Below are positions 1-9,845 of a stretch of DNA of 64,000 nucleotides, piece after piece. The translations under genes were made by a program, and so were the position numbers. How positions within the stretch are numbered: the first letter of the stretch is position 1; the number at the start of each line of letters is the position of its first letter. Below the pieces are notes generated by a model. That model had not been told where the DNA came from, made no database searches, and worked only from the letters and a program-made list of their open reading frames with translations. The stretch comes from a virus, in the IMG/VR virus record IMGVR_UViG_3300037264_001719, positions 18,332 through 82,331 of that record; one strand, written 5' to 3'.

Positions 1-159
1 TGGGACCTGCGCGACGCCATCGCCGCGTTCGTCGAGATGCACAACGGGGTGAAGGGTGCGCTTGCGGGCGCGGCGGATTTCGCCGCGTTCAAGGCGGCAG
101 TTGCGCTGCTCCCGAATCTCGTCCAGTTCATTGACGAGCGCGGACCTTCGTCTTTCTAG
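1..159 (+). CDS. 3' end of a hypothetical protein (truncated by window edge)
   Basis: Frame 1 is open from base 1 to TAG at 157-159 (WDLRDAIAAF...RGPSSF) with codon usage like neighbouring genes. Confidence 0.6.
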   Translation, partial: WDLRDAIAAFVEMHNGVKGALAGAADFAAFKAAVALLPNLVQFIDERGPSSF

Positions 160-183
160 CGATCCGAAGGGAAGTGAGCAGGG

Positions 184-699
184 ATGCCTGTACAGCCGTT
201 GCAACCGCCGCAGTTCTCGGTTGTGCAGCCCTGCCCACCTTCCAGCGCCGCCGTTCATTGTGTCGTCAGCATCCGGCGGAAGATCGCGTGCGAGGTCGGG
301 ATCAAGAAGGTCGATCCGTGTTGCACCGACTACTTGGCCCGGCTCTTTCGTGAACTGCGAAGGGAGAATGTGGTCGTTCAAGGAACCGTCCGAGTTGGCG
401 ATGCGGGCACGGTCATCGAGATGACCGTGTTCGACGAGAACGGCCCCGTCGATCTTGAATTCGCCAACACGAAGGAGTTCCTGTTCGGGAAGCCCATCAG
501 CGGGACGCTCGTCCGTCCGGCTCAACTCGTCACGGACGGGCACGATGGAAAGCTCAAGTACGTCACGGTCGCGGAGGATTTCGACCAGCCGGGAGAGTGG
601 CGAGTGCAGGCGCGTGTCGAGGTTCCGGGCGTCGGGATTTTCACGAGCGAGACGTGTAAATTCTTCGTGGAGCCCAACGTCGATACGCTCTTGTGTTAG
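184..699 (+). CDS. BppU N-terminal-like Ig-fold virion protein
   Basis: C-terminal VGDAGTVIEMTV...PVDL...GKLKYVTVAEDFDQPGEWRVQARV pattern typical of BppU_N-like domains. Confidence 0.55.
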   Translation: MPVQPLQPPQFSVVQPCPPSSAAVHCVVSIRRKIACEVGIKKVDPCCTDYLARLFRELRRENVVVQGTVRVGDAGTVIEMTVFDENGPVDLEFANTKEFLFGKPISGTLVRPAQLVTDGHDGKLKYVTVAEDFDQPGEWRVQARVEVPGVGIFTSETCKFFVEPNVDTLLC

Positions 700-702
700 G
701 GC

Positions 703-731
703 TGGACAAAAGGCAAAAAAGCGTGTAATGT
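703..731 (+). promoter_or_regulatory. putative sigma70-type promoter upstream of the head genes
   Basis: TGGACA-17 bp-TAATGT in an AT-rich intergenic gap. Confidence 0.4.
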
Positions 732-769
732 TTGGAAGTCAATCAGCGAAAGAGATAGGATAACGAGCC

Positions 770-1123
770 ATGTCGGGGTTGAGTGAAGGCGTCTTCCAGA
801 CGGAACACGATTACAAGGAAGGCGCGGACATCGACTTTCCCGTGGGTGCTCGCTATCACCCTTTCTCCGCGAGAACAGTTCTTTGGGAAGCATCCGCCGC
901 AGGTGCGGTCGATCTTTTCATCGAGGTTGTTGACGGGGATCGCGTGTACGAGATCGACAAAGTTGCTGGTTTCGCGGGGACGAAGTATTCGTGGCCCAAC
1001 CAGAGGTCTCCCGAGAAGATGGACCTCGTACCCGCGCAGCGGCTTCGCTTCCGCACCGTGGGGATCGCGGGCGGCGTGAAGCATTCGGTGGCGATAACTT
1101 GGGCGGAACTGGCGGCTCCATGA
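770..1123 (+). CDS. hypothetical beta-rich protein, probably virion-associated
   Basis: 117 aa ORF; its stop overlaps the portal ATG (ATGA at 1120-1123). Confidence 0.6.
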   Translation: MSGLSEGVFQTEHDYKEGADIDFPVGARYHPFSARTVLWEASAAGAVDLFIEVVDGDRVYEIDKVAGFAGTKYSWPNQRSPEKMDLVPAQRLRFRTVGIAGGVKHSVAITWAELAAP

Positions 1124-3030
1124 TCGATAAAAACGGAACGACATGGCCGGAGGAGGACGTGCGTAACGCCGTCCTTCTCAAGAAAGTCGATCCGTCCTCG
1201 ATGGAAGACCTCGTGAAGGTCATGCTCTTCGGAAAAAGTCACGAGGATGCCGAGAAGACCAGCGAAGCCGAGATCAAATCCCGCCAGCTTACCGAGGACC
1301 CTTTCGGCGCGTTGGCCGCAGGGGAATTCGTCCCCCCGAAGTACAAGCCCGATATTTGGGCGCAGGCTCCCGCACAGAACACCCGTCTCGCCCGGTGCAT
1401 CCGCTCTTTCGCTCGGAACACCGTGGGGCTCGGATGGCACATCGAACCGCTTCATCCGGTGACGCCGGACACTCCCGAGGAAGAGAAGCGGGAGATCGCG
1501 TGGCAGACGGAGGCGCTCCGCACCATCTTCAATTTCCCGAACGAGAAGATGCCCCTCACCGAAACCGCCTATCTCATGAAGTGGGATGAGGAGGCGACGG
1601 GGAACGGGTACTGGGAAGTGGTTCGGAACAACGCTGGAAAAATCACCCGCATCTATCATGCGCCTGCCGTCACCATGCGGAAGCGCGTCATGAAGGGTGA
1701 GGGGGACGGGCTGACGGCGATCTACGGGTTCATCCAGATTCGCGGAAACCAGAAGCGTTATTTCAAGGAGTTCGGTGACAAGCGCGTGATGAACGCGAAG
1801 ACGGGGAAGTGGCACGACGGAGAATCTTCGCTCCCCCCGGAGGATCGGGCAACGGAGATCGTCCCCTTCCTCATTTACGATCCGACCTCCTCCTACTATG
1901 GTGCGCCCCGCTACGTCCCGTCCTCGACGGCCATCGCGGGGAATCGTCAGTCGGCTCTCCGCAACGTGACCTTCTTCGAGAACGATGCGGTGCCGCGCAT
2001 GGCCCTCCTCGTCTCCGGCGGGCGTCTCACGCAGGAGTCCACTCAGCAGATCGAGGACTTCATGCGCGGGAAGGGGAAGGGCGGCGGGGATCAGGTCCAC
2101 CGGGTCATGATTATCCAAGTGGAGCCCTCGAAGATCGGCTTCCAGCAGCAGAACAAAACGATGGTGGAGTTGAAGCCGCTCACCGTGGGCGTCACCGAGG
2201 ACGCGAGCTTCCAGACCTACCGCGCAGCCAACGACGAAGAGGTGCGAGAGGTCTTCGGGCTTGCGCCCGTCTTCTTCTCGACGGAGAACGTCAACAAGGC
2301 TTCGGCGGCGGTCTCCCGCGAGATCACCAACGAGCAGGAGTTCGAGCCCGACCGTCTCGCCAAGGAATACATCATCAACCAGACCATTGTGTCGGACATC
2401 CTCTGCGCCCTGATGGGGAACAACCCCATGACCGAGGACGAGCCCGACGCTATGGTGGAATACCGGAAGAAGATCAGGGTGCAGTTCCGGTTCGCCCGGC
2501 TCACCCTCACCGATCCGCTCGATCAGGCGAGAATGGACCAGATTTACGCCTCGCTCGGGGCCATGACGCCGAACGAACTCCGCGAACGGATCGGGAAGCC
2601 CCCGTTCCCCAAGGATTTCTTCTTCGCGGACAAGCCGCTCCCGATTGCGATGGCGGAACTTTCAGCGAGCCTCGCCCTCGTCATCGAACTCAAGGACGAA
2701 CAGAAATTCCCGCCGCCGCCTGCCGCGCAAGGAGCGCCGGGGGCGGAAGGAATGCCCCTGCCGGACGGCATTGAGCCGATGGGCGGCGATGAACCTCCGC
2801 AGGGGGCGCAGGTCGAAGCGCCGTCTCCCGGGGAGTCGCCGGAGATGCCGAATCCGCAGGACAATCCGAGGCCCTCGGAACCCAAAACTGCGCGTGCGAA
2901 TTTTTCCAGAAGAAGCTCGAAAATGTCCCCGGGAGTTTTGTATGCTATCGCGTCGGACCTGATGGCAGACGCTCGGAGATTGGCGACTTCCTTCAACAGT
3001 ATCCGAGACGGAGGGAGAAACGATGAGTAG
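1120..3030 (+). CDS. phage portal protein
   Basis: TGNGYWEVVRN, YYGAPRY, FFENDAVP, MTPNELRERIG portal motifs; start set at ATG 1120 by translational coupling; Pro/acidic C-terminal tail. Confidence 0.9.
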   Translation: MIDKNGTTWPEEDVRNAVLLKKVDPSSMEDLVKVMLFGKSHEDAEKTSEAEIKSRQLTEDPFGALAAGEFVPPKYKPDIWAQAPAQNTRLARCIRSFARNTVGLGWHIEPLHPVTPDTPEEEKREIAWQTEALRTIFNFPNEKMPLTETAYLMKWDEEATGNGYWEVVRNNAGKITRIYHAPAVTMRKRVMKGEGDGLTAIYGFIQIRGNQKRYFKEFGDKRVMNAKTGKWHDGESSLPPEDRATEIVPFLIYDPTSSYYGAPRYVPSSTAIAGNRQSALRNVTFFENDAVPRMALLVSGGRLTQESTQQIEDFMRGKGKGGGDQVHRVMIIQVEPSKIGFQQQNKTMVELKPLTVGVTEDASFQTYRAANDEEVREVFGLAPVFFSTENVNKASAAVSREITNEQEFEPDRLAKEYIINQTIVSDILCALMGNNPMTEDEPDAMVEYRKKIRVQFRFARLTLTDPLDQARMDQIYASLGAMTPNELRERIGKPPFPKDFFFADKPLPIAMAELSASLALVIELKDEQKFPPPPAAQGAPGAEGMPLPDGIEPMGGDEPPQGAQVEAPSPGESPEMPNPQDNPRPSEPKTARANFSRRSSKMSPGVLYAIASDLMADARRLATSFNSIRDGGRNDE

Positions 3031-4660
3031 CCCCATCGAGGCAAGATTCGAGTTCGATGCCCTCTGCGAGAAGGCGTGGCAGGACGAAAAGGGAAAGATG
3101 TTCGTCCGCGCCGTCGCCAGCGATGACGGCCTCGATCTCCAGCGCGACCGGATGAGCACGAAGGCGCTTCAAAAGATGGCCGAGTCCGCCAAGATCGGCC
3201 TCCCCTTCTTGGAGACGCACCGCTCGGTCTTCGAGTTCGGGAAGACCACGGGCGGCGAGATCGTCGCCATGAAGGACAAGGACGGGAAGACCGTCAATCG
3301 GTTCGTCGTCGAACTCGAACTCGACGGCGACTATCCGCAGGCCCGGAAGCTGTTCAAGGAAGTCGCCTCGGGAAACTGCAAGCGACAGCTTTCCATCGGC
3401 GGCAAGCTCAACCTCAAGAACCGCGATGCGGTGTCCGTCGAGATGACGCCGAGCGGCCTCTCCCGCACGATCCACGACCTCGAACTCGATCACATCGCTT
3501 CGACCCGCGAGAAGCAGGCGGCGAATCCCCGGACTTCTTTCACGGAGGCGGTCGCCAAGGCCCTCGACGCCGCCGAGAAGGACGGATGGACAGGGATCGA
3601 GAAAGAGGGAGTGGTCACGACCAAGAGTGATGACGAGATCGGCAAGGACTTCCTTTCCCTGTTGGGGAAGACCGTCCGCAAGTTTGGAGGAAATCCGATG
3701 CTCACGAACACCCAGAAGCTCACGAAGGAAGGGGAAGGAATGCCGCCCGTGCCGCCTGCGGATGCCGCCGCGCCGGAGGAGACCACGCCTCCCGGCGAGG
3801 AGACCACGCCTGCGACGCCGGACGGGATGACCCCCCGGAACACCGACACCCCGAAGACGCCGAAGACGCCGCCCGAGGCGTTGGCGATGGCTCCGGGGGC
3901 CGAGAAGGGCAGGCTCCCCACGTCCGCGCAACTCGCGCAGGACATCGCCACGCTCCTCTCCAAGAGCAAATCGGCCCCGGGAAATCAGGTGTACAACTCG
4001 CTCTGGACCCTCCGCTATGTCGTGGCGAAGGACGCGGGCGAGGCCGGGGCGAAGATCACGGAGAGCGGAGTTTTCGCTCCGCGTGATCTTTCCGGCGCGA
4101 AGCCCGGAGTGCAGGACGACAAGACCAAGAAGGGCGATCCGGGCGACGTGGGGAACAGCGCGGTGACGGATCACCGCCGGAACATCCATGTCGGCGGCGA
4201 GGAAACCTCGAACGCGCCGACCGCCAAGGACGCCCTCTCCATGACCATGCAGAGCCTCTCGGAGCACTCCAAGTTGCCGCAGGTGGGCGAGGGCGACGGC
4301 TTCGGAAAGAGCTTGACGAACGAAGCTCTGGAGAAGACGATGGCGGGCTGGTTGGAGAAGTCCACAGAGGTTCAGAAGTCCCTCCTCATGGCGACGGTCG
4401 AGAGACTGACCGAGGACCGCGAGAAGGACATCGTGGAAGTGAAGAAGTCGGTGGATCAGGTCGGCGGGCTGGTGAACGACGCCGCCAAGCGCCTCTCGGA
4501 AATGGAAGCCCGGATCGTCCGGGTCGAAAAGTCCGGCGGGGTGAGCCAGAGCGGAGCACGGGGAGTGAAAGACTCCTCGATTCCTGCGCCCGAGCGGAAG
4601 GGCGGAACTTGGGGTGGCCTCTTCGGAAAGGCCGCAAGCGAAGCCTTGAGTCGTTACTAG
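3023..4660 (+). CDS. prohead maturation protease fused to scaffold-like C-terminal region
   Basis: VASDDGLDLQRDRM, LETH, QLSIGG, ELDHIAST..AANPRT motifs of HK97-type prohead proteases; low-complexity linker then coiled coil; lies between portal and capsid. Confidence 0.85.
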   Translation: MSSPIEARFEFDALCEKAWQDEKGKMFVRAVASDDGLDLQRDRMSTKALQKMAESAKIGLPFLETHRSVFEFGKTTGGEIVAMKDKDGKTVNRFVVELELDGDYPQARKLFKEVASGNCKRQLSIGGKLNLKNRDAVSVEMTPSGLSRTIHDLELDHIASTREKQAANPRTSFTEAVAKALDAAEKDGWTGIEKEGVVTTKSDDEIGKDFLSLLGKTVRKFGGNPMLTNTQKLTKEGEGMPPVPPADAAAPEETTPPGEETTPATPDGMTPRNTDTPKTPKTPPEALAMAPGAEKGRLPTSAQLAQDIATLLSKSKSAPGNQVYNSLWTLRYVVAKDAGEAGAKITESGVFAPRDLSGAKPGVQDDKTKKGDPGDVGNSAVTDHRRNIHVGGEETSNAPTAKDALSMTMQSLSEHSKLPQVGEGDGFGKSLTNEALEKTMAGWLEKSTEVQKSLLMATVERLTEDREKDIVEVKKSVDQVGGLVNDAAKRLSEMEARIVRVEKSGGVSQSGARGVKDSSIPAPERKGGTWGGLFGKAASEALSRY

Positions 4661-4705
4661 AACTTGATGGCCTGACTCTACTAAAATATTGAGGAGGAAG
4701 CTCAG

Positions 4706-6088
4706 ATGAACGCAGTCGCCAAGGGAACCCTGAACGAGGAACTCATCGAGAAGACCATCGCCACGAGCGATCTTCTCACGGGCGGGTTGCTGAACCCGGT
4801 TCAGCAGACGCAATTCGTCACGCTCGTCAAGAAGTTCTCGGTTCTGCTTCCGCAGAGCCGATTCATCCGTATGCCCCGTCCGCTCATGGACATCGACAAG
4901 CTCTGGATCGGTGAGCCTGTCACCGAGTCCGTGGACGAGGCGACCGACACGGGCAACCTGTCCCGCGCCAAGTTCCAGCGCATCGTCCTGCGGGCGCAGA
5001 AGCTCCGCAGCGCGTGGAACATCACGACCGAGGTGTTGCAGGGCAACATCGAGCAGAACGAGTTCGAGCAGACCATCATGAACACGATGGTCGAGCGCAT
5101 CTCGACCGACATGGAAGACCTCGCCATCAACGGCGACGTGACCACGGTCGGCACCTCGCCCCGCGACCGCCTCCTGCGCCGTCTCAACGGCTGGAACCTC
5201 CAGACCGAAGGGGCGCACCTCGTCGATGTCAAGGGCGCGTCGATCCAGAAGGGCATCTTCTCGGAGATGAAGCGCCGGATGCCCAAGCAGTACAAGAACG
5301 ACCCGGGCCTTCGCTGGATCGTGGGCGACGCCGTGGCGACGGACTGGGCGGATGTCGTGTCCGACCGGGGTACGATCCTCGGTGACGCGGCCCTGCAAGG
5401 CGCGGAGATGTCCCCCCTCGGGACGCCGCTCGTCCGCATCCCCCTCATCCCCGACGACGCCCCCATCACCATCACGCAGGCGACGAGCGCGGAGTTCCTC
5501 GGCTCCGAGTTCCAGCCCTACATCATCACGTCCTCCAACGACACCATCAAGCTCCGGGTGGACGGCCTTCCGGCGCTCGGCGTGACCATCGTGCTGTCGC
5601 ACGGCACGCTCAACGCGGTCGAGGTCGCCCGGCAGATCAACGCCGCGCTCAAGGCGGCGATCCCGACCCTGCTCGTGGACGTGGCGCGGGATGACCGCGA
5701 AGGGCGGCTCCTGCTCGTCAGCCCGACCATCGGCGCGGCTTCGAGCCTCCGGCTCATGCCCGTCGCGGCGGCGTCTCAGGCGTACACGACGCTCGGCCTG
5801 TTGGGTCCGAACTCGATCCCGGTGGACCCGTTCCCGGCGGCGGACGTGTTGAAGACGGGCGCGGCCTCCGGCACCCCGAACACGGTGTTCGAGGGGTCGT
5901 TCATGTGGCTCGTGAACCCGAAGAACTTCATCTGGGGCATCCTCGACGGAACCCGCATCTTCACGGAGTTCAACAAGAACACGGACCAGATCGAGACCAT
6001 CGTCTACAATCAGGTAGACGCGCAGGTGGAGAACGTGGACGCCATCGTGAAGTGCAAGAACATCCGTCGCCGCACGCTCATCCTGTAG
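4706..6088 (+). CDS. major capsid protein (HK97 fold) with an internal inserted domain
   Basis: GGLLNPVQQTQF, DMEDLAINGD, MPKQYK, LVNPKNFIWG; GAGGAGG RBS; very strong codon bias. Confidence 0.92.
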   Translation: MNAVAKGTLNEELIEKTIATSDLLTGGLLNPVQQTQFVTLVKKFSVLLPQSRFIRMPRPLMDIDKLWIGEPVTESVDEATDTGNLSRAKFQRIVLRAQKLRSAWNITTEVLQGNIEQNEFEQTIMNTMVERISTDMEDLAINGDVTTVGTSPRDRLLRRLNGWNLQTEGAHLVDVKGASIQKGIFSEMKRRMPKQYKNDPGLRWIVGDAVATDWADVVSDRGTILGDAALQGAEMSPLGTPLVRIPLIPDDAPITITQATSAEFLGSEFQPYIITSSNDTIKLRVDGLPALGVTIVLSHGTLNAVEVARQINAALKAAIPTLLVDVARDDREGRLLLVSPTIGAASSLRLMPVAAASQAYTTLGLLGPNSIPVDPFPAADVLKTGAASGTPNTVFEGSFMWLVNPKNFIWGILDGTRIFTEFNKNTDQIETIVYNQVDAQVENVDAIVKCKNIRRRTLIL

Positions 6089-6097
6089 TTCGAGCCT

Positions 6098-6113
6098 TCC
6101 CCCGAAAGGGGGA
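6098..6113 (+). terminator. GC stem-loop after capsid gene (stabiliser or weak terminator)
   Basis: TCCCCC-GAAA-GGGGGA, GNRA loop, no U tract. Confidence 0.45.
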
Positions 6114-6125
6114 GCGGGAGGGTAA

Positions 6126-6494
6126 GTGGCGACAAGGTTCTTCACTTACCGCTTTGGCGGGACGAGGCAGTTTCTCGGCCCGGCAAGCGGTCTGTCGTAC
6201 CACTTCACGAAGGGTGGCGTCACGCCCGTCGCAGACGAGCGCGACGCGGGGATTTTCCTTCTCATGGGAACTCCCGAGTCGGGAGTCTACCTCTTTCGGG
6301 AGGTAGACTCCCTCGGGAACCCAATCGGCACCTTCCCTCCCATCGACATGAGTCAGCGCCAGTCGATGATCGACCCCAAGACCTTTGCCTCCGATGGTCT
6401 GGATGTTACAGTACAGGAGTGGAGAACGATCACCGAGGACTTGGCGGACCCTTGGCTGTACTACCACTACTCTCGAAGGAAACTGATCCCATAA
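6126..6494 (+). CDS. hypothetical head-associated protein
   Basis: ORF with GGGAGG RBS directly after the capsid gene. Confidence 0.65.
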   Translation: MATRFFTYRFGGTRQFLGPASGLSYHFTKGGVTPVADERDAGIFLLMGTPESGVYLFREVDSLGNPIGTFPPIDMSQRQSMIDPKTFASDGLDVTVQEWRTITEDLADPWLYYHYSRRKLIP

Positions 6495-6502
6495 GGTAGA
6501 CG

Positions 6503-7459
6503 ATGCCGACAGGATTCGCAGACGGACTCCAGACCAACTTCCGCTATGTGACCGTGAAGCAGGTCCGAGCGGCGGGAATCCCTGAATCGGGCGAGTTCGG
6601 AATCGACGACGCCCGGCTCAACAGGCTCATCGTCGAGATGTGCCATTGGATCAACCGCCTCACCGACCAATGGTTCCTTCCGGTCAGGCTCCGCGAACGG
6701 GTTGACGGTTCCCGGGGAAGCGTCGCCCGGATGCCCAATCTCGTCCCGATCCTTGAACTCTTCTCGCTCGATCTGGAGAAGGAGGGGCTTTTCGCTTTTC
6801 AACTCCCCAGCGTCGCCTACCAGATCAAGCAACGGTATGTCATGATGCTCTCGCGGGGGGCTCGCCTGCCGGAACTTCCGCACTTCGTCGTCCTCAACGG
6901 GGTGTTTGGCTGGCTCGTGGACACGACCCGGATCGTCAAGACCCGGACGACTGCCCCCATCGTTGCCGGGGCTACGTCTATCCCCGCCACGAGCACGGCG
7001 CACATTCGACCCGGGGACACCATTCTCGTCGGGAGAGACCCGGAGCCCCGAGTCAGCATCATCCAAGACGACTCGGTGCTCCGGCTCAAGTCCGGCGGGA
7101 TCATCGTGGATGGGGTTCCCACGGCCACGACGATCCCGGTTGAGCCCGTAGAGTTCGACATCCCCGAGGTCGGCGTACCTATCGTCCGGTACGGGCGCGT
7201 CCCCGACATGATTCAGCGAGCCGCCCTCCTCATGATCCGCGACCGGGTGCAGAAGATCGGGGACATCGACACCGCCGAGAGCCCCTTCGGGATCGGAACC
7301 CGGCTCAACAGCGAATCGGTCGAAGGGTACTCGTACAGCTTGGGAGCCCTGCCCGCGATGAATGGGCACGCGGGAGGGTCGTGGACGACGGGCAACGTGG
7401 AGGTTGACGACATCCTCCAGCAGTTCTGCACCCCGGCCATGTATATCGGGAACGTCTGA
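6503..7459 (+). CDS. head-tail adaptor/connector with an inserted domain
   Basis: YVTVKQVR...WINRLTDQWF, GVFGW, VPDMIQRAAL, SESVEGYSYS, TGNVEVDDIL adaptor pattern. Confidence 0.75.
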   Translation: MPTGFADGLQTNFRYVTVKQVRAAGIPESGEFGIDDARLNRLIVEMCHWINRLTDQWFLPVRLRERVDGSRGSVARMPNLVPILELFSLDLEKEGLFAFQLPSVAYQIKQRYVMMLSRGARLPELPHFVVLNGVFGWLVDTTRIVKTRTTAPIVAGATSIPATSTAHIRPGDTILVGRDPEPRVSIIQDDSVLRLKSGGIIVDGVPTATTIPVEPVEFDIPEVGVPIVRYGRVPDMIQRAALLMIRDRVQKIGDIDTAESPFGIGTRLNSESVEGYSYSLGALPAMNGHAGGSWTTGNVEVDDILQQFCTPAMYIGNV

Positions 7460-7902
7460 TGCCGCTCAAAGCCTCGATCCGTCCTGTTCGCATCAACCGG
7501 ATCAAGGTGAAAATTCGGACGCTCTCCCTCAACAACACCGTGCTCGACATGGACTTTCGGGAGACCAAGGAGAATCGGGTCTACTCCCAATCCGTCGAAG
7601 TGATCGGGCAGATTGTCGGACTGGAGCCCACCTTCAGGCTCGAACGGTCGAACACGGGGGATGCGCTCCCGTCGCTTGTTCACTTCGTTTTCCGGTTCAG
7701 CGATCTCGATAAAATCACCCCGGGATTCCTCCCCAAGAAAGGCGACCGGATCGTAGAGATCAATGGAGTCCCGAGCGATTTCAATATCATCAAGGCGTCG
7801 AAGGCGTCCCCGTTCGGGGGGAATCGACAGAAGGCATTCGCCAAGCCGATCCTTCTCCATGTGGACGCGGAGCAACAGAGAAAGCAACTCGGGTCGATCT
7901 GA
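7459..7902 (+). CDS. head closure/stopper protein
   Basis: Position; KKGDRIVEI beta-rich motif. Confidence 0.6.
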   Translation: MPLKASIRPVRINRIKVKIRTLSLNNTVLDMDFRETKENRVYSQSVEVIGQIVGLEPTFRLERSNTGDALPSLVHFVFRFSDLDKITPGFLPKKGDRIVEINGVPSDFNIIKASKASPFGGNRQKAFAKPILLHVDAEQQRKQLGSI

Positions 7903-8453
7903 TGGCAAAACTTTCCGCAAATATGACTGTGGCCGCAGAATTCCGGCGGATGGTGACGCGCCTCAGCGGAGCCAGCCGGGTGTTCCGTGGCAAGAAGGTC
8001 GAGCAGTCCCAACAGAAGCTCGCCAACGCTGCGAAGAGTTTCATCGTCGATGGGATCGACCGTCAGCGGCCCGGGTGGAAGAAACTCAGCGAGATCACCA
8101 AGACCGTCAAAGGGAACTCGACGATTCTCCAAGAGACCGGGAATTTCCGCCGGGCCATGAAAGCATGGAAGGAAGGCTCGGATTGGTTTGCCGGACTCTA
8201 CCCGGGGGTTAAGGGGAAGAGGGGGCAAGACCTCGAAATGGTCGGGGCGGTCCATGAGGACGGGGCGATTGTCCCCGTGACTGCCGGGATCAGGAGATGG
8301 TTCGCCGCGATGGGCTTCCCTCTTCGCGCCGACACCAAGTTCATCACCGTTCCGTCCCGCAAGTGGTTTGAGCCTGCCGTTGCGGAGCTTGAGGCATTTG
8401 CTCCCGAGGTGCTCGATCCTCTCCTCGATGAGATCATGAAGGGGATCGCCTGA
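7902..8453 (+). CDS. neck/virion morphogenesis protein (Mu gpG / HK97 gp10-like)
   Basis: WKKLSEIT..KG..ILQETG, VHEDGA, VPSRKWFEPA. Confidence 0.7.
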   Translation: MAKLSANMTVAAEFRRMVTRLSGASRVFRGKKVEQSQQKLANAAKSFIVDGIDRQRPGWKKLSEITKTVKGNSTILQETGNFRRAMKAWKEGSDWFAGLYPGVKGKRGQDLEMVGAVHEDGAIVPVTAGIRRWFAAMGFPLRADTKFITVPSRKWFEPAVAELEAFAPEVLDPLLDEIMKGIA

Positions 8454-9826
8454 TGCCGACGCGGGTGGACGCTTTGGGAACCGATGAGTTCCTCGAATTC
8501 GAGGAGCCTATTGCTCCGGCGACGGTTCACCGGGCGGTCCTTCTTTCGCCTTACGGTCTCACCCTTCGTCGGGTCAATCAGGAGGAGACCGAGTTCGATC
8601 CTGCCGGACGCTACAAGGAAACCACCGTTATCCTCGAAAACTGGAGAGCCGAGGGCCTTACGCACCTCTTCGGATTCGAGCCGACGTTTGTTATTGATCC
8701 AGAGCTTGCCGATCAGGAAGAGTCTGACAAGGCGACCGTCCTCTTCCAGCTTTCCAATGACGGCGGGACGACGTGGTATATCTGGCAGGACGGCCCGGAC
8801 AAATGGGTTCCTGCGGTGGGTCTTCTCGAAGACGAATTCAACAGCGTCGAGATGGTGGACAGGCGCATTCCCCTCTTCCCGCTTTGCGCCCCGAATCAAG
8901 TCCGCCTCAAGGCCAAGTTCATTCCCGGGCGCGGCGGGCTCCAGCGGGCCGTCCTTTGCAATACGATCATCTACTACGACTGCGAAAAGGACTTGATGGA
9001 GGACGTGTCCCGGTCCCTCAAGAGGTATCTCGACAGCGAATTCTGTATGCCGATGTTCTACAACGCGGAACTCGGCATTCCCTCTCAGACGGTGTGCATC
9101 GAGAGAGATGCGGGGCTCGATGTCCAGATCAAGGAGCCGATCAAGGTCTTCAACACCAAGAGCGACCCCTGCAAGCAGATCAACCTCTTCTCCGGCATCG
9201 AGCCCGATGGCCGAACGATCCGAATGCTCGAACAGCAGACGGGGCACGTCGAGGTGAGGTTCACCGGGAAGCCGGAGGTCTTCATCGGAGCGGAGGACTT
9301 CTTCGAGATCAGCAAGATTCCCTCTCTCGTGGTGTTCGTGGACCGCATGAACGCATACACGGACATCCGCGTATGGGCTCCCGAGTTCCAACGGTCGATC
9401 TCCCGTAGCGTCGGGAAGATCGAACTGGCTCGAATCTTCTATTTCATCTTCATCACCATCAGGGCGCAGTCCTCCCTCCGGCGGGAGGCGCTCATGATGA
9501 TCGACAAGGTTTCCGAACTCATCGACTACGGATCGACGTTCGATTCCGTAGCCTGCGGGGACCACTATTGCGTCATGGAACAACAGCAACACGTCACGGA
9601 GCACCGGGTTGAACAGGGCCTTTACGTCACCGCGCTCTCCGCGAAGCTCATGGGGCACATCTACTTGAGGCCGGGAGACGACGAGGCCAACGTCCTCATC
9701 GAGCAGGGTGTCACCCCTCTCGTCAGGGAGGTCAATCTTCGGGTGGGTGCGGAATTTTCATGCAACTTGAATCTTCCCAAACACCTCAGAAGAAGGTATC
9801 GTGAGCGGACTACCCTGAGACCTTAG
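8453..9826 (+). CDS. large tail terminator/completion-like protein
   Basis: Between neck and sheath; C-terminal half has a terminator-like pattern (KIPSLVV...ITIRAQS...REAL); long N-terminal extension. Confidence 0.5.
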   Translation: MPTRVDALGTDEFLEFEEPIAPATVHRAVLLSPYGLTLRRVNQEETEFDPAGRYKETTVILENWRAEGLTHLFGFEPTFVIDPELADQEESDKATVLFQLSNDGGTTWYIWQDGPDKWVPAVGLLEDEFNSVEMVDRRIPLFPLCAPNQVRLKAKFIPGRGGLQRAVLCNTIIYYDCEKDLMEDVSRSLKRYLDSEFCMPMFYNAELGIPSQTVCIERDAGLDVQIKEPIKVFNTKSDPCKQINLFSGIEPDGRTIRMLEQQTGHVEVRFTGKPEVFIGAEDFFEISKIPSLVVFVDRMNAYTDIRVWAPEFQRSISRSVGKIELARIFYFIFITIRAQSSLRREALMMIDKVSELIDYGSTFDSVACGDHYCVMEQQQHVTEHRVEQGLYVTALSAKLMGHIYLRPGDDEANVLIEQGVTPLVREVNLRVGAEFSCNLNLPKHLRRRYRERTTLRP

Positions 9827-9845
9827 TAAGTAGAAGGAGACGCCG

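Noticed and set aside
991-1119. N-terminal extensions in the ORF track (portal 991, vWA 48108, 54170, 59776, 44656)
   Set aside because: They overlap real upstream genes or promoters; better RBS or coupled starts exist at 1120, 49020, 54413, 60199 and 44740
2993-6145. 1050 aa minus-strand ORF, and similar long antisense ORFs (10750-13083, 14656-17037, 24336-26405, 30104-32086, 44548-46869)
   Set aside because: Shadow frames of strongly codon-biased high-GC + strand genes; no motifs or RBS
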